A stretch of DNA of 64,000 bases from Tardiphaga sp. GTDB taxonomy: Bacteria > Pseudomonadota > Alphaproteobacteria > Rhizobiales > Xanthobacteraceae. Within the stretch, counting starts at the first letter, position 1. Each line of letters opens with the position of its first letter. The notes under the pieces were generated by a model. That model searched no databases. It saw only the letters and a program-made list of their open reading frames with translations, and had not been told where the DNA came from. Below are positions 9,643 to 19,830 of the stretch, one piece after another. The stretch is taken from NCBI RefSeq assembly GCF_028290785.1, contig NZ_JAQGJD010000333.1:108-64107 (forward strand), read 5' to 3'. The translations under genes and the position numbers were made by a program.

Positions 9643-10665
9643 ATGTTGGATTTTACAAACGAACGTTTCGACGACAGACCGTCGTCATCCTCATCTGAAA
9701 CTCCCGTCAACGACGCCGCGTTGCTCGACGCCTATTCCAAGGCCGTGATCTCGGTCACCGAACGCGTTGGCCCTGCGGTAGTCCGCGTCGAGACCGGTTC
9801 GCGCGACGCGAAGACGCGCGAGCGTGGCGGCATGGGCTCGGGCATCGTGATCTCGCCGGACGGGCTGGTACTGACCAACAGCCATGTGGTCGGCAGTTCC
9901 AAACAGATCCGGCTGCGCGATACCGAAGGCATCGTCACCGATGCCCGCGTGCTTGGCGTCGATCCCGACACTGATTTGGCGCTGCTGCGCGCCGATGGCG
10001 CGCGCGATCTGCAGTACGCCTCGCTTGGCAATTCCAAGAGCCTGCGCCGCGGCCAACTGGTGGTGGCGATAGGCAATCCGCTCGGCTTCGAGTCGACGGT
10101 CACCGCCGGCGTCGTCTCGGCGCTGGGCCGTTCGATCCGCTCGGTCAGCGGCCGCAACATCGAGGACGTGATCCAGACCGACGCCGCGCTCAACCCCGGC
10201 AATTCCGGCGGCGCGCTGGTGTCGTCGGCGGGCGAGGTGATCGGCATCAATACTGCGATCATCCAGGGCGCGCAGGGCATCTGCTTTGCGGTCGCCAGCA
10301 ACACCGCGCAATTCGTGCTGTCGGAGATCATCCGCCATGGCTATGTGCGCCGCGCCCATATCGGTGTGTCCGGCCAGACCGCGCCGATTCCGCGAAGGCA
10401 TGCGGTGATCGCCGGCGTCGAGAACAAGATGGGCGCGCTGCTGCAGCAGATCGAGCCGGACAGCCCGGCGGCGAAGGCCGGACTGTTGCCCGGCGACGTG
10501 GTGATCCGGCTGGACGGCGTGGACGTCAACGGCGTCGACGACCTGATCCGGATTCTGGATCGCGACAGGATCGATCGCACACTGGCGATGGACGTGCTGC
10601 GGATGGGCCGTCTGCGCGGGATCGATATTCATCCGGTGGAGCGGAAGAGGGCGGCTCGCACTTAA
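9643..10665 (+). CDS. HtrA/DegP-like trypsin serine protease with PDZ domain
   Basis: LTNSHVV, TDLALL, QTDAALNPGNSGG catalytic triad motifs; C-terminal PDZ (SPAAKAGLLPGDV); AAGGA RBS. Confidence 0.93.
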   Translation: MLDFTNERFDDRPSSSSSETPVNDAALLDAYSKAVISVTERVGPAVVRVETGSRDAKTRERGGMGSGIVISPDGLVLTNSHVVGSSKQIRLRDTEGIVTDARVLGVDPDTDLALLRADGARDLQYASLGNSKSLRRGQLVVAIGNPLGFESTVTAGVVSALGRSIRSVSGRNIEDVIQTDAALNPGNSGGALVSSAGEVIGINTAIIQGAQGICFAVASNTAQFVLSEIIRHGYVRRAHIGVSGQTAPIPRRHAVIAGVENKMGALLQQIEPDSPAAKAGLLPGDVVIRLDGVDVNGVDDLIRILDRDRIDRTLAMDVLRMGRLRGIDIHPVERKRAART

Positions 10666-10884
10666 CCTCTCCCCGCTCTGCGCGGGGAGAGGTCGCGCGC
10701 TCTTGCGCGCGGGTGAGAGGCGAGGCACTTACGAAGTTGCTTTGCGGCTGCGAGGTCAAAAGGCTTTGTGACTCCACACTGATCTTTGGCGACGACTGCA
10801 GCGCGTCGCCCCTCACCCGGACGACAACGACGCTTCGCGCCGTTATCGTCCGACCTCTCCCCGCAAGGCGGGGAGAGGTTAAGT
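10660..10884. repeat. Mosaic palindromic element with 17-bp perfect terminal IR overlapping both flanking stop codons
   Basis: ACTTAACCTCTCCCCGC ... GCGGGGAGAGGTTAAGT. Confidence 0.88.
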
Positions 10885-11520
10885 AAGTGCCACCGCGCCC
10901 GCTTCCACGTTGGCCAGCCATGTCTTCGCCACCGTCAGATCGGCTTGCGACAGCTGATGCCCGACCGGCAGCGTGCGGTGTTCGACCGCAGCACCCGCCT
11001 TGGTCAGCATCAAAGCCAGCGCCGCCGAATTGCTCGGCGGGATGATCGGATCGGATTGCCCCGATACGATCAGCACCGGTCTGCCGAACAGGTCCGCCTT
11101 CGGCGCCTCGCGCAGCGGCACCATGGCCCGCAGCAGCACCGCGCCCGCCAACGCCTCCGGTCGCAGCAGCAACATCGCCGCGGCGATATTGGCGCCGTTT
11201 GAATAGCCCAGCGCGATCGGTTCCGCGAGGTCGTAACGCTGGCGCGCCTCGGTCACGAAGTCCGCGAGATCATTGGCGCGCCGGATCACGTCGTCCTCGT
11301 CGAACACGCCCTCGGCCAGCCGGCGGAAGAACCGCGGCATACCGTGCTCCAGCACTTTGCCGCGCACCGAGAGCAGCGCACCGCCCGGTGCGATGGCTTC
11401 GCCCAGCGGCAGCAGGTCGTTCTCGTCGCCGCCGGTGCCGTGCAGCAGCAGCAGGGGGGCTGCTTCGCGCCGGTTGCCCGGCGCGAAGCGATGAATATGG
11501 GAGAGGTCGTTCGTCATCAC
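10879..11520 (-). CDS. Phospholipase/carboxylesterase (MhqD-like)
   Basis: LLHGTGGDENDL, GYSNGAN, terminal GH; coupled to the dioxygenase gene. Confidence 0.9.
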   Translation of the reverse strand: MMTNDLSHIHRFAPGNRREAAPLLLLHGTGGDENDLLPLGEAIAPGGALLSVRGKVLEHGMPRFFRRLAEGVFDEDDVIRRANDLADFVTEARQRYDLAEPIALGYSNGANIAAAMLLLRPEALAGAVLLRAMVPLREAPKADLFGRPVLIVSGQSDPIIPPSNSAALALMLTKAGAAVEHRTLPVGHQLSQADLTVAKTWLANVEAGAVALT

Positions 11521-12452
11521 GCGGTTTCCTTGTCCAGCGACGGCAGCACCTTCTCGATTTCGGCGCGATGCTTCTCCAGGAACGCCGGCAGCTTCAGGTG
11601 CTCGCCGAGGGATTCGACGGGTTCGTCCACGGCAAAGCCGGGAACGTCGGTGGCGATCTCGAACAGGATGCCGCCGGGTTCGCGGAAGTACACCGAACGG
11701 AAGTAGTTGCGATCCTTCTGCTCGGTCGGGTGCTGGCCGTGCTTCTCCACCAGTTTTCGCGACATCGCGGCCTGGTCGGCGTCATCGAGCGCGCGGAACG
11801 CGACGTGATGTACCGAGCCCGCGCCCTGCCGGCCCGGCAGGAAGCCGCCGGCCTCGTAGATATCGACGATGCCGCCATTCACGGCGTCCGCCTTCAGCCG
11901 GATGATGGAGCCTTCGCGGCCGGTCTCGGCAAAGCCGAACACGTCGGTGAGGATCGCGCTGGTCTTCTCGGCCTTCTCCAGCAGCAGCGTGACGCCGTGG
12001 AAGCCGCGGATCGCGTGCTCCGCCGGCACATCGCCATTGCTCCAGCCGGCCTCGTCTTCCGCGCCGGGAATGCCGACCAGCGCCAGGCTCATGCCGTCGG
12101 GATCGGTGAACGGCAGCACGGACTCGCCAAAACGCTTTTCCAGCGCTTCATGGGCAATGCCCTTTTCGATGAAGCGATGGGTCCAGTAGCCGAGCGAGCG
12201 AGCGGGGACGCGAAAGGCGGTCTGCTGGGTCTGGCCGACGCCGCCGCGGCCGGGCGCGGCATTCTCCCACGGGAAGAAGGTCAGGATGGTGCCGGGATGA
12301 CCGGCCTCGTCGCCGTAGTAGAAGTGGTAGGTGCCGGGATCGTCGAAGTTGACGGTCTTCTTGACGAAGCGCAGGCCCAGCGCCCGGGTATAAAAGTCGA
12401 AGTTTCGCACGGCGTTGCCGGCGATCGCGGTGACATGGTGGATGCCTGACAT
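11517..12452 (-). CDS. Ring-cleaving dioxygenase, VOC family (MhqO-like)
   Basis: GIHHVTAIA, KKTVNFDDPGTYHFYYGD, DRNYFRSVYFREPGGILFEIAT. Confidence 0.93.
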   Translation of the reverse strand: MSGIHHVTAIAGNAVRNFDFYTRALGLRFVKKTVNFDDPGTYHFYYGDEAGHPGTILTFFPWENAAPGRGGVGQTQQTAFRVPARSLGYWTHRFIEKGIAHEALEKRFGESVLPFTDPDGMSLALVGIPGAEDEAGWSNGDVPAEHAIRGFHGVTLLLEKAEKTSAILTDVFGFAETGREGSIIRLKADAVNGGIVDIYEAGGFLPGRQGAGSVHHVAFRALDDADQAAMSRKLVEKHGQHPTEQKDRNYFRSVYFREPGGILFEIATDVPGFAVDEPVESLGEHLKLPAFLEKHRAEIEKVLPSLDKETA

Positions 12453-12570
12453 GGTTGGTCTCCTGGGTTCCGGAGGCGCTCCGCCTCCCGTTGCAGGGAT
12501 AATTGGGTCGGCGCTGAAATAAGACAATCCGGCCTTTCATGGCATTACTGTCTATGATTTGATGACAATC

Positions 12571-13473
12571 ATGGATAAACTCACCAGCCTGCGCGCCTTC
12601 GTCAAAGTGGTCGAACTCGGCAGTTTCTCGGAAGCCGGGCGGCAGTTGCGGCTGTCGCGCTCGGCGATCTCCAAATATGTCAGCGAACTCGAGCAAAGCC
12701 TCGGCGTGCAGTTGCTCAACCGCACCACGCGGCACGCCAGCCCGAATGAAAACGGCCAGGCCTATTTCGAACGCGCGCTGGCCGTGCTGGCCGACCTCGA
12801 TGCCGCCGACCAAGCGGTGGCGCAGGCGCAGGCGACGCCGCGCGGGCTGCTGCGGGTCAATGCGCCGATGTCGTTCGGGACGCTGCAACTGGGGCCGGCG
12901 GTTGCGGATTTTATGGCTGATTATCCCGAGCTGCAGATTCACCTGGTTCTCAGCGACGATCAGGTCGATCCCACCCAGGGCGGCTTCGACGTCACGCTGC
13001 GGATCGCCGATCTGGAATCCTCCAGCCTGATCGCGCGAAAAATCGTGGGCATCGAGCGGGTGATCTGCGCGTCGCCGGGCTATCTTGAGGAACATGGCGT
13101 GCCGACGACGCCCGCCGAATTGCGCAAGCATGCGCTGCTGACCTACGGTTTCCTTCTCACCGGCAACCAGTGGAAGCTGACCGGGAGGGATGGCGATCAC
13201 TGGATCCAGCCAAGCTGGAACCTGTGCGTCAACAATGCGGAAGTGCTGCGCGACGCGGCCATCAAGGGCAGGGGCGTGGCGCTGCTGCCGACCTTCATCG
13301 CCGGCGATGCGCTGCGCGAAGGTGCGCTGCGCAGTTTCCTCGGCGACTACAAGGCGCCGCCGCTGACGCTCTATGCGATCTATCCGCCGACCCGGCATCT
13401 CGCGGTCAAGGTGCGGCTGTTCATCGACTTCCTGGTGGCGCGGTTTGCCGGCGTGCCGAAGTGGGATGTGTGA
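12571..13473 (+). CDS. LysR-family regulator (CrgA-like), divergent from the dioxygenase
   Basis: FVKVVELGSFSEAGRQL HTH, LLNRTTR, PRGLLRVNAP. Confidence 0.93.
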   Translation: MDKLTSLRAFVKVVELGSFSEAGRQLRLSRSAISKYVSELEQSLGVQLLNRTTRHASPNENGQAYFERALAVLADLDAADQAVAQAQATPRGLLRVNAPMSFGTLQLGPAVADFMADYPELQIHLVLSDDQVDPTQGGFDVTLRIADLESSSLIARKIVGIERVICASPGYLEEHGVPTTPAELRKHALLTYGFLLTGNQWKLTGRDGDHWIQPSWNLCVNNAEVLRDAAIKGRGVALLPTFIAGDALREGALRSFLGDYKAPPLTLYAIYPPTRHLAVKVRLFIDFLVARFAGVPKWDV

Positions 13474-13503
13474 GTTTTGCGCGGAAGGTGCAACATACTC
13501 CGT

Positions 13504-13622
13504 GTCGTCCCCGCGAAGGCGGGGACCCATAACCACGATCGGTTGTGTTTTGTAAGAAGCCGCTGGCCGTTGATCTCAACGAGAGGACGGAGGCTATGGG
13601 TCCCCGCCTTCGCGGGGACGAC
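13504..13622. repeat. Palindromic element with 28-bp perfect IR
   Basis: GTCGTCCCCGCGAAGGCGGGGACCCATA / TATGGGTCCCCGCCTTCGCGGGGACGAC. Confidence 0.9.
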
Positions 13623-13634
13623 TCGCGTAGAGTG

Positions 13635-15704
13635 CTACCGCCACATGCCCCGCATCCTTGCGCCGATATCGACGCGAACGCCGTCGCTGGCGGCGCGTGC
13701 GGCGGCGGCCACAGATAGCGGCCAACTGGTGCGTTCGAACAGATGCAGCAGCCGGTCCGGGATGAACCGCGTGCGCGAGGCATAGACGTGGCGGTCGCCC
13801 TGCGGGTTCTGGCCATAGGTGAAAAAGCGCTGCGGCACCATCAGATGCAGCTCGTCCTTGGCGCGGGTCATCGCCACGTAGAGCAGGCGGCGTTCTTCCT
13901 CCAGTTCGGCTGACGTGCCGGTGCCGAGATCGGACGGCATGCAGCCATCGACGACATTGAGCACATAGACCGATTTCCACTCCTGCCCCTTGGCGGAATG
14001 GATGGTGGAGAGGATCAGATAGTCTTCGTCGAGCAAGGGTACGCCGGCCTGGTCGCTGGTGGCGTCGGGCGGATCGAGCGTGAGTTCGGTGAGGAAGCGT
14101 TCGCGCGACGGATAACCGGACGCGATCTGCTCGAGCTGGATCAGGTCAGCGCGGCGCGTGGGGGAATCCTCGTGGATGCGGTCGAGATGCGGCTCGTACC
14201 ACAACCGCGCCAGTTCAAGCTCGGCGGGCCAGCCGGCGCGGCCGGAGCGCAGCTCGGTGACCACTTCGACGAAGCCGCGCCAGTCGTCGCTGGCGCGCTT
14301 CGGTGCAGGAGTGTCCACCAGCGCGCCGATCGGATCGGCGGCGACGGTCATGTGATCGAGCGCGCGCTGCGCCGAGGCCGGGCCGACGCCGGGCAGCAAC
14401 TGCATCAGGCGGAAGCCGGCGACGCGATCACGCGGGTTTTCGACGAAGCGCAGCAGCGCCAGCACGTCCTTGATATGCGCGGCATCGAGGAATTTCAGGC
14501 CGCCGAATTTGACAAAGGGAATGTTGCGCCGGGTCAGCTCCACTTCCAGCGGACCGGAATGCGAGGACGTGCGGAACAGCACCGCCTGCTGCTTCAGCAG
14601 CGTGCCGCTCTCGCGGTTATCCAAGATGCGCTCGACAAGGCAGCGCGCCTGGTCGGTCTCGTCGCGCACGGTGACGAGCTGCGGCTTGATGCTCGACGTC
14701 CGGTCGGTCCAGAGATTCTTGGTGAAGCGCTCGCGGGCGAGATCGATCACGCCATTGGCCGCGGCCAAGATGGTTTGCGTCGAACGGTAGTTGCGATCCA
14801 GCGTGATGATGTCGGCGGGCGGCGAGAACTGCTTTGGGAAATCCAGGATGTTGCGCACGGTGGCGGCGCGAAACGAATAGATCGACTGCGCGTCGTCGCC
14901 GACCACGGTGAGGCCGTGGCCGCCGGGCTTGAGTCCCAGCAGGATCGACGACTGCAACCGGTTGGTGTCCTGGTATTCATCGACCAGCACGTGGTCGAAG
15001 CGTCCGCCGATGTCGGCGGCCAGCAGCGGCTCGGCCATGGTCTGCGCCCAGTACAACAGCAGGTCGTCGTAATCGAGCACGTTCTGTTTCTGCTTGGCCT
15101 CGACATAGCCCGCGAACAGTTCGCGCAGTTCGGCGGCCCAGCCGGCGCACCACGGAAAATTCGCGCCGAGCACCTGATCGAGTTCGGTCTCGGCGTTGAC
15201 GCAGCGCGAGTAGATCGCGAGGCAGGTGCCCTTGGTGGGAAACCGGCTTTCGGTTTTCGAAAAGCCCAGCTCGTGCCGCACCAGGTTCATCAGGTCGGCG
15301 GAATCCTCGCGGTCATGAATCGTGAAGGCCGGATCGAGGCCGATCTGTTCGGCATAGTCGCGCAACAGCCGCGCGCCAATGCCGTGAAAGGTGCCGGCCC
15401 AGGCCAGCGCGTCGGTCATGATGCCGGCCTTGTCGCCCATCACTTTTCGCGAAATGCGCTCGACGCGGCGGCTCATTTCGCTGGCCGCGCGTCGTGAAAA
15501 GGTCATCAGCAGGATGCGGCGCGGATCGGCGCCGTTGACGATCAGATGCGCGACGCGGTGCGCCAGTGTATTGGTCTTGCCGGAACCGGCGCCCGCAACG
15601 ACCAGCAATGGACCCGCGGGGGTGCCACGTAACGGCACGCCGTGCTCGACGGCGCGGCGCTGTTCCGGATTCAGGGCATCGAGATAGTTGGTTTGCGCGA
15701 GCAC
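13635..15704 (-). CDS. UvrD/Rep-family ATP-dependent DNA helicase
   Basis: LNPEQ, AGAGSGKT, VDEYQD, VGDDAQSIYSFR, NYRS, TIHSAKGQEW, EERRLLYVAMTRA; probable GTG start at 15704. Confidence 0.93.
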   Translation of the reverse strand: MLAQTNYLDALNPEQRRAVEHGVPLRGTPAGPLLVVAGAGSGKTNTLAHRVAHLIVNGADPRRILLMTFSRRAASEMSRRVERISRKVMGDKAGIMTDALAWAGTFHGIGARLLRDYAEQIGLDPAFTIHDREDSADLMNLVRHELGFSKTESRFPTKGTCLAIYSRCVNAETELDQVLGANFPWCAGWAAELRELFAGYVEAKQKQNVLDYDDLLLYWAQTMAEPLLAADIGGRFDHVLVDEYQDTNRLQSSILLGLKPGGHGLTVVGDDAQSIYSFRAATVRNILDFPKQFSPPADIITLDRNYRSTQTILAAANGVIDLARERFTKNLWTDRTSSIKPQLVTVRDETDQARCLVERILDNRESGTLLKQQAVLFRTSSHSGPLEVELTRRNIPFVKFGGLKFLDAAHIKDVLALLRFVENPRDRVAGFRLMQLLPGVGPASAQRALDHMTVAADPIGALVDTPAPKRASDDWRGFVEVVTELRSGRAGWPAELELARLWYEPHLDRIHEDSPTRRADLIQLEQIASGYPSRERFLTELTLDPPDATSDQAGVPLLDEDYLILSTIHSAKGQEWKSVYVLNVVDGCMPSDLGTGTSAELEEERRLLYVAMTRAKDELHLMVPQRFFTYGQNPQGDRHVYASRTRFIPDRLLHLFERTSWPLSVAAAARAASDGVRVDIGARMRGMWR

Positions 15705-15786
15705 GGTGGGATTCCGAAGTGACGAATCACGCTCGCTGATTCCCGCTTTGTTCGCAATGGCGGCGGGGGCGCTCCAGCCTCTCGGC

Positions 15787-15910
15787 CGTCGTCCCCGCGG
15801 ACGCGGGGACCCATACGCGCTGGAGAAGTAATTGAAGCACGGCTGTTGCTTCTCTCCCGTTTCAACCGGGACGACGGAGGTTATGGGTCCCCGCCTTCGC
15901 GGGGACGACG
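15787..15910. repeat. Palindromic element, sister copy of 13504-13622
   Basis: Same IR arms and shared inner GACGGAGG segment. Confidence 0.9.
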
Positions 15911-15924
15911 CGGAGATTGTGGCG

Positions 15925-17886
15925 CTACGCCGCGCGCACTTCGCGCAAAAACGCATCGACCTGGGTCTTGAGGTCCTCGCCGTTGCGCGACAGGTCGGCG
16001 GCAGATTCGACCACCCGTGTGGCGGCGAGCCCGGTTTCGCGGCTTGCGTCGTTGACCCCTGCGATGTTCTCGGAAACTTCGCCGGTGCCGCGGGCGGCAT
16101 CGGCGACGTTGCGGGCAATCTCCAGCGTGGCGGCGCCCTGTTCCTCGACGGCGGCGGCGATGGCGCTGGCGATCTCGCTGACGCGGCCGATGGTGGAGGT
16201 GATGCCCTGGATCGAATCCACCGAGGATCTGGTGGCGTGCTGGATGGCGCCCACCTGTGCCGAAATCTCGTCGGTGGCCTTCGAGGTTTGTGTGGCCAGC
16301 GCCTTCACTTCCGAGGCGACCACGGCAAAGCCGCGGCCCGCTTCGCCGGCGCGCGCGGCCTCGATGGTCGCATTCAGCGCGAGCAGGTTGGTCTGCGCGG
16401 CGATCTCGCTGATCAGCTTGACGACGTCGCCGATCTTTTGCGCGGCTTCGGCCAGACTCTGCACTTCGGAATAGGTGACGTTCGCCTGCGAGACAGCGTC
16501 GCCGGCGACGCGGGCGGATTCATTGACCTGCTGGGAAATCTCGCTGATCGAGGCGTTGAGCTCCTCGATCGCCGCGGCGACGGCCTGGGCGCTTTGCGTG
16601 GCTTCTTCGGAAGCCGCCGCGACGGCCGCGGTCTGCCGGGTGGATTCTTCGGCGGTGGCTGCCATGGATTGCGCCGTGGTGCGCAACTCGGTGGCGGCCG
16701 AGCCGACCGCGCCGACCACGCTGCCGACGCCGCTTTCAAAGCGGTTGGCCAGTGCGTTCATGGTGTCGCGACGCTCCAGCTGGGAGCGTTCGCGCTGCTG
16801 CTCCTGGGCCGCGCGCAGCTGATCGGTTTCGATCAGGCCGTTCTTGAAAATCTCGACCGCGCCGGCCATCGAGCCGATCTCGTCCTTGCGGCCGGCGCCC
16901 GGCACGGCGATGGCGCGATTGCCGGAGGCGATGTCGCGCATCGCGGACTCCAGCGCCTTGATCGGGCGGGCCATGCTGCTGCCCATCCACACGGCAATGG
17001 CGCCGGCAACCACGAGCACACAGGCCGAGATAATGATGAGCCAGTTAAGCGACGTCTGCGTCAGCGTGCGGTAGGCCGAGGCATCGCGCACGATTTCGAA
17101 GACCGCGACCGCGTCGCCAGAGAAGTTCTTGATGGGGCCGAAAGCGGTGGCCGATGCACGGCCGTTCAACTCGCCGTACTGCATAACCGTCTCGCCGGCC
17201 AGCGCGCGACGAACAACGGCCGCGTCGGGAGCGCTGGTTGCCAGGGTCGTCGCCAGCGTTTTGGTGTTCTGGCCATCGATCTGGTGGATGGCGATGTCGA
17301 GGTTGAAGCGTGCCTTCATGGTATCGACGAAGGTCTTGCCGAACGGCGCGCCGACATCGACGGCGCCGAGCAGCGTATCGCCGGCCATTACCGGCGACGA
17401 TCCGAAGACGTTGAGCACGTCTCGGCCGGCCTCGACGCCGCCCTGCGGCTTCTTGGTCGTGATCGCCTGCGCCAAGGTCTTGCGGCGCGGCGTCATGTCG
17501 TCGTCGAATACGGTGGGGTTGTGGACGCGGGCGAAGCCGATACCCGGCGGCACCGCGACGGTGACCAGCTCGAGTCCGCGGGCCTTCAGCTTGGGATAGG
17601 AAAGGTTGACCAGCGCCAACGCGGCGGCGCGATCCTTTGTGCGGATGACCTCTGCCATCTGCGGCATCGATGCCAATACGTCAGCGACAGCTAGGTTGGT
17701 CCGGGTTTCGGCGCTTAGCGCCGCGGTAATGTTGGCATAATCGTTTTTCAACTCGCGCTGCAGAGCGGTATCGACGATGCCCTGCTGCTGCCAGATGCTG
17801 AAGGCGGCCAACGCGGCGCACGAACCTGCAGTGACCAGCGTAATCGCGACGATCATGCGAGCTGAAATCGATTTGAGTGCGTGCAT
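15925..17886 (-). CDS. Methyl-accepting chemotaxis protein (periplasmic Cache-like sensor, HAMP, MCP signal)
   Basis: Two TM segments, [47 protein letters not shown]. Confidence 0.95.
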   Translation of the reverse strand: MHALKSISARMIVAITLVTAGSCAALAAFSIWQQQGIVDTALQRELKNDYANITAALSAETRTNLAVADVLASMPQMAEVIRTKDRAAALALVNLSYPKLKARGLELVTVAVPPGIGFARVHNPTVFDDDMTPRRKTLAQAITTKKPQGGVEAGRDVLNVFGSSPVMAGDTLLGAVDVGAPFGKTFVDTMKARFNLDIAIHQIDGQNTKTLATTLATSAPDAAVVRRALAGETVMQYGELNGRASATAFGPIKNFSGDAVAVFEIVRDASAYRTLTQTSLNWLIIISACVLVVAGAIAVWMGSSMARPIKALESAMRDIASGNRAIAVPGAGRKDEIGSMAGAVEIFKNGLIETDQLRAAQEQQRERSQLERRDTMNALANRFESGVGSVVGAVGSAATELRTTAQSMAATAEESTRQTAAVAAASEEATQSAQAVAAAIEELNASISEISQQVNESARVAGDAVSQANVTYSEVQSLAEAAQKIGDVVKLISEIAAQTNLLALNATIEAARAGEAGRGFAVVASEVKALATQTSKATDEISAQVGAIQHATRSSVDSIQGITSTIGRVSEIASAIAAAVEEQGAATLEIARNVADAARGTGEVSENIAGVNDASRETGLAATRVVESAADLSRNGEDLKTQVDAFLREVRAA

Positions 17887-18039
17887 TTACGTGCCCCTTC
17901 GACCGCGACAGCAATTTGCCGCGATGTATTCCCGTTCGAGTGATAGGGAATTCCCGTGAAGGAGCTGTTAAATGCGCGTGTGCTTGCGCAATAGGTACTA
18001 TAGTAGAGGTTCTGCCCCGCTCTCAAGTATCAATCATTA

Positions 18040-18475
18040 TTAGTGGTGCGATGACACCGCGCTTGGAGTGGCAGTGGGAGCCGGTGGCGGGTGGTCAGGC
18101 CCGAGGCATCGCGCGACCTGCGAGAGCAGGACAGCGGATTTGAACGGTTTCTGCAGGGCTGCAGACCGCGCCAAGTTTGATCGACATGCCCAGGAAATCC
18201 GGTGATGACGTGGAGCGCGATGAAAACGCATGACCGGAAATCACGATAATCGGCACGCCAGGCCGCAGCTGATGCGCCTGCCTCATGGTTTCCAGGCCAT
18301 CCATACCGGGCATGAAGATATCGACGATCAGTAGCTTGAATTCTTCTTGGCGAAATACCTGCAGCGCAGTTGGGCCGTCGCCGGCGCATGTGATGCAATG
18401 GCCGTCGCGTTCAAGCAGCAGCTTCATGATCAGCGAAACGGCCTTGTCGTCGTCCACGATCAGGATGCTTGCCAT
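18040..18475 (-). pseudogene. Single-domain response regulator with apparent 1-nt frameshift at 18156-18158
   Basis: ILIVDDD...VDIFMPGMDG...IIVISG in one frame; the conserved LQKPF motif continues in another frame. Confidence 0.75.
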
Positions 18476-18909
18476 GTCAAACCCCGCGATTGATCGATGC
18501 CTTGGTAGTTTCGGGGCGCTGTACGACATGGCCGGAACAGGCTTGGGTACAGCGCTACTCCGTACCGATTTCACTGTCGGATCGTGAAGCGAAATCGGCG
18601 ATCGACCTGTTCGGTTCACTGTCCGCCATCTCGTTCGTGCCGGAGGCTGGGGCTGGCGACGGCTCTGTGCTGGCGCGATCAAAGATGCCGGGAAAAGCCC
18701 GGCGGATGGCGTGGAACTCTCGCGAGTAGGGCGTCGGATGGGGCATCGCCGCGTTCCAAAAACAAGGGCTGGCTCCCGTACGCGCGATGCCAGCGCAATA
18801 CATTCACTTCTCATTTAATTCAAACAGACTGCCGCAGCGGAGGGCGATTCGCTGCCCAATTGTGCACAATGTAAGTTGGATCGCCCGATAACCGGGCATG
18901 ATGGCGAGG

Positions 18910-19590
18910 CTACTGCTCCTCACGCTCAATCTGCGGCTTGTCATTCAACACCGCGTTGAGCAGCGAGTTGTGAACTTCGATCTTGCCATTGTAGGAGATG
19001 AAGCCGAGCTTGCGAAATTTGTTCACGAAGAAACTGACGCGCGAGCGCGTGGTGCCGATCATCTCTGCCAGAGTCTCCTGACTGAGTTCGACGGCAATCG
19101 GCTGCGGCCGGCCTTCCTTGCCGAAATTGGCCAGGATCAACAGTAGACGTGCCAGGCGCTTTTCGCTGGAGTTGAACAACTGGTCGATCAGGTCTTCCTC
19201 GACGCGGCTGTTGCGGGTCAGTAGGTAGGCCATGAATAGTTCGGAGAACGTCGGCTCGTCGTGCAGCGTGGCGAGCATCGCCGATTTGGTAATAGAGGTA
19301 ATGACGCAGTCTTCCATCGCCGTGGTCGTGGAGATGCGGAGCGGGTGGCCGTTCAGGCAGCTCTCCCCGAAGAATTGCCCGGCCTCGAGAATCCCGACGA
19401 CCGCCTCCTTGCCCTGCTCGGAAAGAACAGTGACTTTGACCCGGCCTTTCTGGATATAGAAAACTGCCTCCGCCCTCTCGCCCTGGCAGAAAATGTTCTG
19501 GTTCTTTTTGTAGTCCGCAATCGCCTTGCCCTGTCCCACGCGGGCGAGAAAGGCTTGGGGATTGAACTCTTCTCTGGCCGGTCTACCCAA
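18910..19590 (-). CDS. Crp/Fnr-family transcriptional regulator
   Basis: cNMP-binding fold (IFCQGE, GQFFGE), EKRLARLLL, SQETLAEMIGTTRSRVS HTH; TTG start with GGGGTGAG upstream. Confidence 0.92.
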   Translation of the reverse strand: MGRPAREEFNPQAFLARVGQGKAIADYKKNQNIFCQGERAEAVFYIQKGRVKVTVLSEQGKEAVVGILEAGQFFGESCLNGHPLRISTTTAMEDCVITSITKSAMLATLHDEPTFSELFMAYLLTRNSRVEEDLIDQLFNSSEKRLARLLLILANFGKEGRPQPIAVELSQETLAEMIGTTRSRVSFFVNKFRKLGFISYNGKIEVHNSLLNAVLNDKPQIEREEQ

Positions 19591-19704
19591 AATGGCTCAC
19601 CCCGTACCATATAGCAAAAAAAACGCGCTATGTCGGTTATAGCACAAAGCCCTTCTGAGTTGTAAAATTCCTTTTTTCTTTAAATAGCTGCAACCGTAGG
19701 TCGG

Positions 19705-19830
19705 GCAAAAAAGAGCCCCGCCGGGGGGCGACGGGGCTCCTCACGCGGACGGGCAGACCAGTAGGGCGACGTAGTTGCCCGTGACGCCAGGGCGCGAATG
19801 GAGAAATAATTCTCCTCACGCGACCTTACA
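19705..19830 (-). ncRNA. Candidate multi-hairpin sRNA or leader ending in a Rho-independent terminator
   Basis: Minus strand: GGAGA/TCTCC hairpin, GGGCA/TGCCC hairpin, GAGCCCCG-TCGCCCCCCGG-CGGGGCTC-TTTTTT. Confidence 0.45.

Noticed and set aside
15705-16118. 138-aa N-terminal extension of the helicase in the ORF track
   Set aside because: It runs through a palindromic repeat and overlaps the MCP gene; helicase motifs start after about 15704
15832-17694. Long antisense ORFs (620 aa here; also 33091-35313, 25482-26855, 56187-57536 and others)
   Set aside because: Shadow ORFs opposite well-supported genes, expected in high-GC DNA
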